This document shows, in pieces, positions 1-13,559 of a stretch of DNA of 64,000 nt. The DNA lies in the NCBI RefSeq assembly GCF_009914755.1, contig NC_060937.1. One strand, written 5' to 3'. The notes beneath the pieces were generated by a model, which worked only from the letters and a program-made list of their open reading frames with translations, was not told where the DNA came from and did not search any database. Made by a program: the position numbers and the translations under genes. Numbering within the stretch: the first letter of the stretch is position 1; every line of letters begins with the position of its first letter. The stretch is from the human T2T-CHM13v2.0 reference genome, Homo sapiens.

Positions 1-1004
1 TCAGAGATTGGGGTATATTCCCTTGGTGAATTCTCCAGTCATTGAAAGTGATCATTTTGAAGATTATTATAACATAAAAAATTGAACATGATAGTAAAGG
101 AAAAATTAGAATAAAAATTTTATATACAAAATGACTTCAATTAAACATGTATGAAAAAGAAGAAATACATCATAATAGATATTTCCCAGTAGAGTCATGG
201 TTTTGTGAGTGATTCTTCCTTTTCTCTATTTCCCAAATGTGCAAAATTTTTGTTGTTTTATATTTTCAGACATTATATACTTAAGTGATTACCTTTAGTC
301 TGCTGAGGGAGATCAAAATGAAGAAATTATAGAAAATGCAAACATTTGAAAATAACTCACATGCTGTCTCATCTTTTGTTTCGAAACATTCCAGTAATGT
401 GCAGGAGAGCTTTGGTGATTAAGCTTCATCTTTATCCAGAGAAAGTTATAACAGAGCCACAAGCTCATCAAATTCAGGAACTTTCTTCTGCATTCTTTCC
501 TACTTCTAGCTTTCCTTGTGTTTCCTAAGCAGTTGGCTTCCAGGGCTCTCAGAAGCTGGTCTACAGGCTTTGTCCCCAGGAAAATAGATTGTTCCTTATT
601 AAAATCCAGACGCTTTTCTGTTTCAAACCTTTCAGGTCCTCTGCTAGCCTCCCACTCGGTTACAATTTGTTGGTTCCCACCATGAGCCTTTATATAAAAA
701 CCCACAGTGTCATTAAAGGTGTGTCAAGCCTTGTCAACGTTCTCATATAGCCCGAGGCTGAGGAATTCTGGCCTTAGACGTAAGAGGGTATTAGTAAACA
801 CCGTTTCTTTCTGCTCCTTGCCTGCGAGTGAGCTTTGTATGCCTGTCTTCCTAGGTTTGCCTGGAGGAGGCTTACCAGTGAGGAAAAAACACATCTTAGC
901 AGAAGAATGTCTCACAGGTGCTGCAAAGTGCTTCCGCATTCTTCTGAAAATAGATGTTTTTAAAATTTATTTTAAAAATTAATTTATATTTTTGTATTTA
1001 AAAA

Positions 1005-1292
1005 TGTTTTTAGAGATAGGATCTCACTCTGTCACCCAGACTGGATTGAAATGGTGTCACCTTTTCTTACTGCAGCTTCAAACCCCTGAGCCCAAGTGAT
1101 CTTCCTGCCTTAGCGTCCTGAGTAGCTGAAACTACAGGCATGCACCACCACACTTGGCTAATTTTTATTTTTTATAGAGATAGGTTCTCACTATGTCACC
1201 CAGGTTAGTCTTGAGCTCCTGGGCTCAAGCGATCCTCCTGCATCAGCCTCCAAAAATACTGGGATTACAGGCACGAGTCACTGCGCTCAGCC
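1005..1292 (-). mobile_element. AluJ SINE
   Basis: Antisense Alu dimer with J-type motifs (cctgggctcaagcgatcctcc); degenerate T-rich tail and approximate TSD agatgt(g)tttt. Confidence 0.9.
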
Positions 1293-2345
1293 CCAGATGT
1301 GTTTTAATATAAGTTGATTTTCAGTCCTCTGCCTCTGTGCTGTTGCTTTTCTGGGATTCAGAAGCTGTGGGCTAGGAATCACTAATTACATCCCTGCAAA
1401 TTGGGTTCTCCTCTTCTACCCCTTTGCCTACTTGAAAATCTATGAAGATTCATTCAGGTGAATTTCTAACCATCTGTACCTCCTCCCCTACACATTAGCA
1501 AACACAGGATGCTCCCTTAGAAACATACCAATTGTGAGTTCATACTATAAAGGTTGTTAACTACATGCTCATCATAGCAAGTATGTTATAAGGGTCCATG
1601 AAAAATAAAAGGAAAGTGGGATTGTTCTCTACCCTATTTTATGGGGTAGGCAAGGTTGACCTGATTTCAGGATATCATGTTAGGCCATAGTGTGGGAATG
1701 TGTTGTGGCAAGAGACTGACACCTGCAGCTCTTGAAATTCTCAGGCCTCCTGGCTCATCATGTCGGTGAGGGAGGAGCAAATGAACAAATTTCAAACAAG
1801 TCATAATTAACAGAAGTTAAAACACATTAAATTAATAGCTGAAGACCATGAATTTAAAAACCCTATGATGATAGCTTAACAGTGGCCAAGCTAAATTAAG
1901 AAGGTTAAAAAGGTGTGGGCCTGAGACTGTGCTTGATCAAGAAGTTGTAGGGTTTTAAGTTTACTAAACAAAAATACCCCACTCAGATTCTTCACACCTA
2001 AAATGCTAGGTCATTACTTAGTTCTGTTGGGCATTTTCACTTCAGTCCTCCCTTGGGGAAAAATTGGGTGTTTTCCCAGAGAGGGAGACCCATACATTGG
2101 TGACTGGTAAATGTGAACCTTGGTTCCAAGTCTGTGATCACTAGCTTATTTTCATGAGTATTGTCCTTTTTTGTTTTTTTAATATTTGATTTTGCTCCCA
2201 TATACATAATTGACAGCTTTCAATAGTTGATGTTTTTTGTTTAGTAGAGACATAGCAGCTCGCTCTTGAAGAATATGAAACCATATTTGTACTTTTGACT
2301 TAAAGTTTGAAATAACATCTAAAATTCTTTCAAGTGACTGCAAAT

Positions 2346-2438
2346 GCATGTGTGTCTGTGTATATGTGTGTGTGTCTATGTGTGTGTCTGTATGTATGTG
2401 TATATGGGGGTGTGTATACACACACGTGTGTGTGTCTA
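2346..2438. repeat. Imperfect (TG)n/(TA)n/(CA)n microsatellite
   Basis: Alternating purine-pyrimidine tract visible directly. Confidence 0.9.
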
Positions 2439-2489
2439 TTCAGCTGATCTACCTGTCTGGGAAGTAGATGACATGTATGGCTCCTACGA

Positions 2490-2612
2490 CCCTTGAGATT
2501 CTGGTTGAGTAGCTCTGGGCTGGGGTTCAGGATTCTGTGTCTCTAATAAGCACTGTTAAAGATTGGGCTGCAGGTGGTACAGAGGTCCATGATTTAAAGA
2601 AACATCGCTTCA
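2490..2612. mobile_element. MER5A-like hAT fragment
   Basis: gattctg..agtagctctgggctgggg..caggattctgtgtctctaataagc resembles recalled MER5A consensus. Confidence 0.55.
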
Positions 2613-5600
2613 GAGTAATGAGCATGGTGCTAATGGAGTCCTTTTTATTTTCATGGTGGTTCTAGCTCTTTCCCCAGTTCTTTGGGTCAGGCCTGCACTC
2701 ATATGTCAGAAGCAAATTAAAGTGATAAAACACCCAGAAAATACGAAATCATCATATTAAGTTGGCAAATTGCCATGCTTTTCTCAGCCATTTGTGCTTC
2801 CAAGCGTGACTTTATGATTCCTCTGTAAGTGCTTGATAATGAGAGGCCGAGCTTAGTTATGCAAATTGTTTTAGCATCAAGTATCCATCATGGGCTGCAC
2901 ATTTTAAGCAGGGAGAAAATACAACTTGTCCTGTGTAACAGTCAGGGCTTTGGCTGATGGTGGAATCTTCTGCACCATGGATGGATTATGGCTTGTCTGG
3001 GGGTATTTCTCTTGAAATTAGCCCATTGATTGAACCAGCAGAGAAGGAGCAGTATTATTGGGAGCCAGCTATCGGGTTTTCCCTATGATGACATTCTGGG
3101 TTGACTGGCCACACTAGAGTCTCTTGCAGGCTCAGCTGTTGCAGGTCTTTGTAATTGCTTTTCTCTTATGATTTCCTTGATGAGTGAGACAAACTGTTCT
3201 CTGGAAAACAATACTAGAATCAAACCATCTGAGGCAGTTGGAGAAATCTGCCTAGAGTTTGGATTTCTACTTTTCTTCATTTCAAAAGCGAATAGAATGT
3301 TTTTTAGGTTTCTCACTTGTCTGTAAAAGGCCAAGTATTCATACTTGGGGGAGGGCTGTTCACTGATGCTGTATTTAAATTTTCATGAGGACAGGATTTT
3401 CGTGCCTCCCTGGGTAGGTGGTTCTGATGCTAATTAGCGAGAAGGTGTTTGCTCTATGCATGGGAGCACATGTGAGCACGGAGCTTGTGTCTGGTACGAC
3501 ACGGTGCCACATTTCTGGTGCTGATTACTGCACTATCTCGTTGTTTTGACCCTGTGAGCTTAAATGTCAGTTGAACCATGGATCACCATAAGCTGTTTGA
3601 CTTTTTCTTCTCTCTTGTGAAATTCAGGTATCAGAGCATCCTTTTCCTGACTTTCAAGTAGTTGGTAAGCACAAATGCTTATACAGGTGTCCACGGAGAG
3701 CATGATAGTAGCGAAGAGCTGTGTGCCGCCTCGAGCTTCTTGTTGTGTGGTCTTTGTGCTTTTTATTATTGGTGCTTATGGCATCTGTGCTTCTTGGGTT
3801 AGAAATATTCTGTATCTAAATACTAAAATGACTGATTCTTGGTTTTAAGCCAGGTTTCAGAAGTTATTCTGAAATGGTTTGAGATAAATACTTACATTTA
3901 TTATGAACTCTTTTCATGTAGTTATCTTATCTTAAAGATGCCTTTGTATAAGATTTAGAGCACGGTTGCCAAGAATGGGTTTTAGATAAAGTATATGTAA
4001 TTTTCATGTTAACTTGTAGTAGTTTGAATTCAGCCTTTATTTTTGGTTGAGTACTAGACAGGTTCCTCTGTCTTGTATTGTTTGATTAAAGGATGCCCTT
4101 CTGTATATGTCTACCATACCTGCATTTTAAAGTCACTACATCCTCCTCGAAATATATATATTTAATAATATATTATGAGGATTGACTAAAATTATAAAAT
4201 GAATTTAAAAATTCTGATAAAGTTTTTAAGGACAGCAGTAGGATCGTGAATAAATCACAATGCAACATCTTACACTTGCTACCTCAAGTAACTGTTTAAG
4301 TTGCATAAATAATTCCTAAATCCCTGCTGAACCATAAAAACATTAGGGAAGTTTTAAATCATACTTACCCTATTTCACTGGCAGTTGGTAGACATGGAAG
4401 GGTGGAATCATGGTGAGAGAATGTAAGCTGGTCTAATCTTGTGCAAGAGAGTTGCCAAGAATGGCAACATTTTTAGCTTCTGAAGGAAGGACCTGTGCTC
4501 TTTAATGTTAAGCAAATACTTCTATCATTCTTACTACTAAGCAAAACTTGCTAATGGCTTTAGCCCTTGGGAATATGTAACCAAAGCTCTTTTTTTCTTC
4601 TCTGTTTCCCCTCATACTTGATTTAATATAGATTTTTAAATGTAAGAAAAAAATTATAAGAAAAAATATGGAGAAGAAGGCATTGTATTAACCAATAATA
4701 CAAAGTGAAATTTCTAGACCCACTGAATGTACTAGGGGCTTCCGGAGAAGAATGTAATTTAGAACCTCAGTAAATCTCTTGAGCAAAGTTTCACTGCTGG
4801 TTTTCTTTTCTGCCAAATATCAGCTTGTATTGCTTAAAACATATCCAAGGGAGGGAAAGATTAAAGCTTTTCATATTAGAAGACTCACATGTTTAAACTC
4901 TATTACAACTCTTAATCTGTGGGTATGGGTTTTCTTCTGTAATAATAATAAGAATATTGGAAGTTACTGTATCTAGCAGAGAGTGCAGCATTTTATTGTA
5001 GGTCATGAGTCTAGGCAGTGTGACTTGGCTCAGCCATCATGAGGATGTTGGCAGCTTTCACACCTGCATCCCGTGCCTACTGTTTGCCAAGTGGCTGACT
5101 GTTGCAGCTCCTGTTCTTTTTTCTGAAATACTGTACAAGGATCCAGGGCAGTGATTGCATTGCTGAGCCTTTTCTGCACAGCCATCATCCCCAAGATGTG
5201 TTGCTTGCTCAGACTCTAGGGCCCTGATGGTTTAATGTCCTGAGATAGCTGTGATTCTTTGGGAATCCTGAAAACACCATCACAAATAATTAGACAATTG
5301 CATTGTTTCTTGTCTACTTCTAAGGAACTCAGAACACTTTCTGGTCAAATCATTCATCTTTATCTGCTTATAACAAAGATGAAGGGATTACAGGGCTGCT
5401 TTAAAGAAAAAATGGGAGGAAAAAGATGTCAGCAGCACTTTCTCACCAATTCAGAACCTAGAGGATTTTGGATGTGCATTTTATCCTATTCAGGTGAAAA
5501 TTCACATCGTGATATAGTAATTCATAATTTATTACCTTATAATAGTGTTATTCTTCGTGATAGGTTTATCCATCTGTTTCTTGCCTTGGAACCTTTATTT

Positions 5601-6787
5601 CTGCAGTGGTTTAGCTCTCACCCTGAGTTATCAGAAGTATCATAGTCAGTGGCAACACTGGTGTTTTTTCTTCGTTAGTAAGCTCTTTCTCAGCCTGCTG
5701 GGTTGGCGCCACAGCCTCCATGTTATATTGCAGATTCTGGTCACATCTGCCCAGGGTGTTCCTTTTGTCCAGTTTGTGTCTGTTTATGGTGCTCCTCTCG
5801 ACGGACTTTCATCAGCAGGAGAATTCAGGCCTTACAAAGGGAGGGATGGGAATAGATGAATGCATCCTTAGATTTTTGGATTTCAGGAACCAGATCTTCC
5901 TGGGAAAACTACCCCAAATTTATTTTGACAATCCAGTGGTTTTAAAATAGCCTCAGTATCACCTGCCACCATCAGTGTCATTCTCTCCACGTTTTGTTGC
6001 CCATAGTTCATAAAAGAAAAGACATTTTAACTCCAGAAAAGCAAGAGAACTATAATTTTAGACTATCAGTCCTTTAGAAATGGAATAAATTCAGTTTTAT
6101 ATAAGGTCCCTATCTGCCATCTTTTAAACATTTCACCGTAGCCTGAGTGATAAAAAGTTCATGTCAGACTAGACTTTGGGAAGCATTGGGCTGAGTCAGA
6201 TCCCTTGTGCTCCTCTGAGTGATCCCATTCCATGGCTTGTGTGTGTGCAGGAGGTTCTCAGTCTCCCTTTACTCTTAGGTGCAAGCACGAAGGAGAAGGT
6301 TGGCGGACATTTAACTTGTATCCAGAGCATTGCCAGAAACTTCTCTGGGATTTCTTTTGAAACCACTCACCTGTAATGTTTACACAGGGTTGATTTGATA
6401 ATCTGCACCCCATTCACAAAGAAGAACCATTTGGAGCTGTTGAAGAGTTCTTTGAAATCTTGACCCTGGCTTCCACTCCTACACTCGTTGGACCTAGCTC
6501 TTTTAACCTGCTGTGGGTTTCTGAGTTCTTAAAGCTAAGTAATTAAAGTTGGCTCTCTCAGGTTCCACTGAATTTAACTAGATAACTCATTGTTCAAATG
6601 ACTTCACATTGACCTCGATCATAGGGCCTTTTCAAAGCAGTTAAATGCCAAGTCATTTTTACCGTTATTTAAAGTAATTCTACAAGGGATAGATTTTGGT
6701 CCATTTGTAAATCAGTTATTATTATGAAGAAAGACTCTTTTTCCTTTCAGGAATATTCGTAAAGCTTTGTTAAAAGTAGGTAGTAAA

Positions 6788-7132
<345 letters not shown>

Positions 7133-7230
7133 TTATGTGTCTGTCTTCTGTGTAATACATAAATTTTTGTTACTGTCAGATATTTAAATTAAGATGTTAA
7201 CTTTTAAGTGGATGCAGACTCTTAATTTCT

Positions 7231-7478
7231 TTCTTTTTTGAATGTTATGTATAAAATTCTTTTATATGCATTTTCTGTATTTTTAAAGTTGACAATAATA
7301 ATTGCACATATTCATGGGTATGGGTCATACAGTGATATTTCAATATATATCATGTATAGTGATCAGATCGTGGTAATTAGCATATCCATCACTTCAAATA
7401 TTTATTGTTCCTTTATACTGGGAACACTCAATATCCTCCTAGGTATTTGAAACTATATAACACATTGTTGGTAACTAT
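7231..7478 (-). mobile_element. L1MA 3' end fragment
   Basis: Antisense L1MA 3'UTR motif (gtaattagcatatccatcac); TSD cagactcttaatttc (7216) / cagactctgatttc (7479). Confidence 0.75.
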
Positions 7479-8259
7479 CAGACTCTGATTTCCTCATACA
7501 TATTAGTAAAAAGGTGTGTGAAATAGTATTAGATTGAAAATTAATGAAATTTTTACTTTAAAATACCTTAGATCTTAAGAAGGAATCCCAATGAAATATC
7601 TCTTACTGTTTCAGTAGTAAAACAACAACAATCTTGATATTATATTCATTATCCACCTGGCTGGACAAACGGCTTTGCTTGGTAAGGCAGGCAGATGACA
7701 GAGTATGGGAGGGGGAAGGAGACCCATTGGAGTGGGACTCCATGTCACAGCCTCTCCTATCATTTTTTCAGTGAAGTTCTCTGGTTGGCCCATTCCCCAT
7801 CTCCTTACATTGACTGCCCAGGTTATGGATATCTGTGCTTCTGGTGGTTAAGCTTGTTGATTAGTTGATAATTATTTTGTTTGATTAAATTTGCAGTTGA
7901 TCAGGTGTGGTAGTTAGAAAAGAGTTTGTAGGAGCAGGTCCTGAGAGAGATAGTAAGTTGTTTTGAAGCCAGAGACTAACTTGGATAGTCTGGCTGGCAG
8001 TGGAAGAACTGCAGAGCTATAATTTGTTTAAGTATGGGAGACCAGTAAAGTCACTGGACTTGTTGATTTTCTGAGAGGAGAAAGTGGATTGCTTTGAAAT
8101 CCCCCTCTCTTCCTCCTCCCCATGAATGACACCCAGTTGTTCAGTTTTAGTTCTTGCCACAGCTTGCACATGGAAAGAATTCTGCCTCTATTTATAAATT
8201 TATGTCATAATTTCTATCATGTTCTAGTTGCTTTTGATAGCAAAGGAGGGAATTTTGGT

Positions 8260-8440
8260 GCATCATTATCAAATATCTACTGAGCACTGGGCTAAGTGTT
8301 GGGAATAGAAAGGTATGAGAGACATGGCCCCACCTACATTAATGATGTAACACATGTTTATTAAGCACCCTCAATGCTACAACTACTGTCATGTGCTTTA
8401 TCTTGTGTAATCCTTATAGCTTCATGCCAGATAAGTTAAA
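8260..8440 (-). mobile_element. L2/MIR fragments
   Basis: aaatatctactgagcac and tttattaagcac..tgtgcttt motifs typical of L2 and MIR ends. Confidence 0.45.
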
Positions 8441-8819
8441 TAAAATTAATAGGACACAGTATTTATTTTTAATTTTTATAATTATTAAATATTTCTTAAC
8501 TTCTGGAAGAAAGGACACAGTGTTGGTAGCACTGACCCACAAGCCCTTCTATCTCCTTATGTTATTTCAGCTGGAGTGAAATTTTTATGTAAGTGGGAGG
8601 GGAAAGAAAAAGCTGGAAGGTTTTGACGTGTCCTAGTTATGAGGAGCTTTTCATGTCAGGTGTGGGCATCTGGACTTTATTCTGGGATTATAGTGGCTCA
8701 GTGAAGTTTTTGAATAGGGGCTCATAGTAATGAGCACTTATTTTATAAGATGATAATGGATAGGAGAGAAATAGAAGAATGAGAGAGAAATTACAGTGGG
8801 CATCTGTTTCAATGAGATT

Positions 8820-9720
8820 ACATTCATTCATTTACCCCATAAATGTTGAGTGCTTACTATATACCAACTACTCTATTAATCACTCAGGATATAGTAGTGG
8901 GCAAAAAAGACAAAACCCCTGTCCTTGTGGAGCTTTTATTTTAGTGGTAGGAGTCAATCGTTAACAAATAGTCATGTGAAAATATTTTATGTAGTAATAA
9001 CTACTATTAAGAAAGTACAGCAGGATAAGGAGATAGGATTGCTGAAGTGGGGGGATTACTTTAGAGTGGTTAAGGAAAGCCTCTCTGTAGAGTTGACATT
9101 TGATCAGAGACCTGTGTCATGCAAAAGAGCCCACCATTCCAATATCTCAGGGGAGGAGTGGCCCAGGTAGACAGAAAAGCAAGTGCAAAGGCCCTGTGGA
9201 GGGATCAAGGATCTACAGACTGGTGAGTTTGGCCAGACCAGGAGGGAGGAGGCCGAGAGGGAGGCAGGAGGCAGATCACAATGGCTTGGGACCTCATGCT
9301 AAAGGATGGAGTTTATTCCACATGTGGCAGGACATTGGAGCTTTGTAGGAAGAGAGGGAAGCATGTGAGCTGACTCATGTTTTAAAATGTTGACCATGGT
9401 TATAAGTGGGTATTAGACTGTAAGGAGCCCAGCTGGGAGGCTCCTGGAGAAGGAGTCTGGGTAAGAGACAGTGGTATGGACCTTGGTGCTGGTGGCTCAG
9501 TGGAGGAGGAGTGGATAACTTAGAGGATGTTTTAAAAGATATGTTGATGAATTCATGGGGGGTGTAAGGGAAAGAGAGGAATTGAACAGCACTCCTAGGT
9601 TTTTGTCCTGAGCATTTGAGTAGATACGATGGCTTTTACTTCATTGGGGGAATACTTGGAGAATAATAGGTTTTTGGGAAAAAACCAAAAGATTTGTTTT
9701 GGATAGACTGAGATCCGTAT
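8820..9720 (-). mobile_element. L2 (L2a-like) LINE fossil
   Basis: Starts with (CATT)n L2 tail, aaatgttgagtgcttac, aagtgcaaaggccctg. Confidence 0.8.
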
Positions 9721-9724
9721 TAGG

Positions 9725-10132
9725 TGTCTTGGTTCATTTTGAGTTGCTATAAAGGAATACCTAAAGCTAGGTAACTTATAAAGGAAAAAATATTTATTTG
9801 GTGCATTATTCTGCTGGATGGAAGACTGGGCATCTGGTGAGAGTCTCAGGCAGCTTCTCCACATGGTGGAAGGTGAAGGGGAACTGGCATGTACAGAGAT
9901 CACATGGCAAGAGAGGAAGTAACAGAGTGGGTGGGAGGGAGCTGGTTTAGCAATCAGCTCTTGTGGGAATGAGTACAGTGAGAACTCACTCACACATTGC
10001 CTCCTCTCCCCGGGGAGGGCATTAATCTATTCATGAGGGATTTGCCTAACATCTCCCATTAGGCCATACCTCCAACATTTGGGATCACATTTCGACATGA
10101 GGTTTGAAGGGGACAAATATTCCAACTATAGC
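9725..10132 (-). mobile_element. MST (MSTB-like) MaLR solo LTR
   Basis: tgtcttggttcatttt..gttgctataaaggaatacc start; gagaactcactca; cacatttcgacatgag..ggggacaaatat end. Confidence 0.8.
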
Positions 10133-10149
10133 CATCCAAGGAGAGAACT

Positions 10150-10480
10150 CTGGGGCATAAGCAATGTTTGATGAGATAATGGCTGAGAATTTTCCAAATC
10201 TGATGAAAGATATGATAGATTCAGGAAAATTACAAACCTCAAATACACAATTCCTTCAACAGACTAACAGTAAATCTGACAGCTGACTTCTCAGGAGAAA
10301 CAATGAAAGTTAGAAGGCAATGAAATGATGTCTTTAAAACTAAAGGAAAGTAACTGCCAAACTAAAATTCTATAGCCAATGAAAATATCATTCAAGGATA
10401 GAGGCAAAATAAATATATTTTTAGACAAATGAAAACTGAAAAGCTGTATTTCCCACAGACCCAAATGGAAGTGTGGAGAT
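10150..10480 (+). mobile_element. Old L1M ORF1-region fragment
   Basis: ggctgagaattttccaaatctgatgaaag; acagctgacttctca; aaaattctatagcca. Confidence 0.7.
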
Positions 10481-10899
10481 GTGGGATTGAATAATATATT
10501 TCGGTGACACATGTTTGAGTTCCTTGAACATACCATGGGGGAAAATTTTCTTCCTGCCAAGAGTGTTTGAGGCACATTCTGTTTACTCTGTCTGATGTTT
10601 TTCTCACATCTCTTTGAGAAGTTAACCCACTCTCATCATTTAGATAGAAGCACAAATGCCACTTCCCTGAAGCCTTCTCTGAACCCTGTCTAGTTTAGAA
10701 CTAAGTCAAGTCCTCTTGTAAAGGGTGTCATAAATATCCAAATATTACTAGAGTGTTACACACAACATTGAATAGGGCAGTTACCATAACATGAATATTT
10801 GTGAACTGACAACATATAAAATTAGTTCCCACTCAGACTTTTTGCCTTAACACTAGTGTTTATCCTGTCAGTGTCTTGTATCCATTAATCTCTAGTGGA

Positions 10900-11270
10900 T
10901 AGTTGGATGTTTACAATAATGCAATACAAATGGGTTTCAAAGTAAAATCACACATATTGCCAGCTATGCAGAATTTCTTGAATTTTGGTGACAGTGATGT
11001 TGAACTCCTAGAATCACATGCATTGGTAATGACTGGTAAAGATCTGGCAGAGTTATTAATAATTGAAGAAGCCAGAGTGGACATTTAATAGACAATAATT
11101 TGGAAATTAAAGAATTACAAAGAGGCTTTTGGGAAAATTGATTATTTTTACAAAATTACTCTTTTATAATCCTGTAAAAGTTCCAAGTGACAATAAGTAT
11201 TTTGTGTTATACTATCATTTGGTAATGTTATCCTGCTCTCTAATCAACACTTGATTAATATTTTCATTTT
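10900..11270 (+). mobile_element. Probable Tigger/pogo-type transposase remnant
   Basis: Translation DSDVELLESHALVMTGKDLAEL resembles the D-x-DVxELLxSH...LTxxDLxEL C-terminal motif of Tigger transposases. Confidence 0.45.
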
Positions 11271-11319
11271 AAGAATGATTTTCTTAAATATTCTTAAGTG
11301 TTGGATGAGATGAACTTAA

Positions 11320-11596
11320 TTTTTTCTTTTTTTGAGATGGAGTCTCGCTCTGTCGCCCAGGCTGGAGTGCAGTGGTGCAATCTCAGCTCACTGCAACCTC
11401 CGCCTCCTGGGTTCAAGCAATTCTCTGCCTCAGCCTCCCAAGTAGCTGGGATTACAGGCACCCGCCACCATGTCTGGCTAATTTTTGTATTTTTAGTACA
11501 TCTTGGCCAGGCTGGTCTTGAACTCCTGACCTCATGATCTGCCCCCCTCGGCCTCCCAAAGTGCAGGATTACAGGCATGAACCACCATGCCCCGCC
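11320..11596 (-). mobile_element. AluS (Sg-like) with short internal deletion
   Basis: Antisense Alu lacking gagacggggtttcac after the linker; TSD acttaattt. Confidence 0.9.
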
Positions 11597-11649
11597 ACTT
11601 AATTTCATTTTTAGCCATCTTTCAAGATAAACTATTCAATTTATTTAAT

Positions 11650-12120
11650 TCAGTATAATAAATCCTACAAAAACTTAATAGCTTAAAACTATGGGAATCT
11701 TTTGTTGTCTCTCATGGTTTCTGTTAGCCAGGAATTCAGGAAGGACTTGGCTAGGTGGCTCGCTTTTAGGATCTCTCAGACAGTTGTAAACAGCAGTCAT
11801 CTATAGGTGTGGCTAGGCTGGAATGGCTCACTTATATGGCTGGCTGTTGGCTTGGGGCCTCAGTTGCTTCCCATGTGTGTCTTTCTGTGGGGCTGCTTGA
11901 GGGTCCTCAAGGCATGGTTGCTGGCTCCCCAGAGAGCAAACCGTCCAAGAGGCCAAGGTAGAAGCTGCAATGACGTAACATCAGAAGTCACACTGTCACT
12001 TTTACCAACTTCAGTTCACACAAGGAGCAACCCTAGTTCACTGTGGGATGGAGCTATGTAAGGACAGGAATACCAGGAGTCATGGATCATTGTGAATAAT
12101 CTTGAGGGTTGGCTGCCACA
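11650..12120 (-). mobile_element. MLT1 MaLR LTR
   Basis: cttaatagcttaaaac, caggaattcagg, ggctgttggcttgggg, ends ggctgccaca. Confidence 0.7.
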
Positions 12121-12345
12121 TAAGTTATCCTTTCTTTTTCATCATTTATTATGAAAATTTTGTTTTGTTTGAAGTAGATTCCCTCTAAGAGGTCTTGATT
12201 TGGTATCAATTATCATGAGAGAAGTAGGATCTCCTACACCAGTCTTTTGTTCATATTCTTACCACAGTTGTAGTTCATGTATACTGATGGAGGTATTTTG
12301 TTGTCTCCCCTTTAGAAAAATGGTTTGTGAAGGCTGGTCCAAGGC

Positions 12346-12718
12346 AGCACCAGCTAGCACAGTACTTGGTACATAATGGATGTTCAGTAAAAATGTGTTA
12401 AATGAATGAATAAACAAATCTAGTAGATAAGCTATTGGTTCTTGATTAGAGAACCTCCAAACTTAGATAAAGCACCAGATAGCACAGTACTTGGTACATA
12501 ATGGATGCTCAGTAAAAATGTGTTAAATGAATGAATAAACAAATCTAGTAGATACTGTTGGTTCTTGATTAGAGAACCTCCAAACTTAGATAAAGCACCA
12601 GCTAGCACAGTACTTGGTACATAATGGATGCTCAGTAAAAATGTGTTAAATGAATGAATAAATGAATCTAGTAGATGCTATTGGTTCTTGATTAGAGAAG
12701 CTCCAAACTTAGATAAAG
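12346..12718. repeat. Tandem triplication of a ~124-bp unit containing an L2 3' end
   Basis: Units start at 12346, 12471 and 12594 (agcaccag[c/a]tagcacagtacttgg...ttagataa). Confidence 0.97.
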
Positions 12719-13559
12719 TGGATTTGTTTTTTGTTTCGTTTTGTTTATTATCCTGGCTATGCCCTTACATTGCTGTTGTAGTCAACCTATGTCTTCAGTG
12801 TTCTGTATTCATGTTAATGTTTATTTTTAAAAGAACTGTTAGTATATGTGCTGTTGTGGAAGGGAAAAAACAGCCCACATAAGTAAATCTGCACTGTTGA
12901 ATTGTATGGATTTAGCCTCTTCCCAGGGAGAAAGTTATTCAGCTGAATTCTGTAATTGATCATTTGGTGTTTCTCAAGAATATTGATGACCATTTTCAAC
13001 AGCTTGGGATGAGTAAGGAAGATAAAATTATATCTTTAAATAAAAAATGGTTTCTATTTATTGATGTTAAGGATATATGGGTAAGAATTATTCTTACTAA
13101 AAAGACAACAGTTACTTAAGTGATCATTTTGTAGGTTTGCTATTTGTAATGTTCTAGAATTTGTTTTATTCATGATTTATTTTGTCTATTAAAACCCGTT
13201 TAAAATTTTCTTTTAATTTAAACATTGATGAGACTTGGCTGGGTAGCGGAATGCCAGAAAGGGCCAAATTCCTGCAGCTGCCTGCACACCATTATTCTGA
13301 AATGCTGCTATTTAAATGGCTTAGCTAATAGCTGAAACATGACTCTCTGAGGAGGGTGGTAGCTCCTCTAATTTTCTGCCTTTGCCTCTGCCTTTCTTCT
13401 TTTCCTCTTCTTGGAAGTTGTATACTGAGTGTTAGTCAGTGCACAATTTCCTTATGGATTCCCAGTTGGAGATGAGTGAATACCCTGGTGAGTTGTGGAC
13501 ACAGCATCACAGAGAGCCTAATACTGAATATTGGGTTGGGGTCTGTGTTCCTCCCTAGA

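Noticed and set aside
2859-2866. Octamer motif ATGCAAAT
   Set aside because: A single 8-mer is expected by chance in 64 kb of AT-rich DNA
5259-5950. Overlapping 76-128 aa + strand ORFs
   Set aside because: No recognisable domain, mostly non-ATG starts, partly MIR-like sequence
6735-6781. Acceptor tttcag with nearby gtaggt (25-nt exon)
   Set aside because: Splice-like motifs are common by chance and there is no other support
11294-11608. Alu-derived ORFs (also 14399, 19307, 25775, 37244, 48152, 48419)
   Set aside because: Translations of Alu sequence, not genes
12346-12718. CRISPR-like array
   Set aside because: Units are contiguous tandem copies with no unique spacers, and the context is eukaryotic with no cas genes
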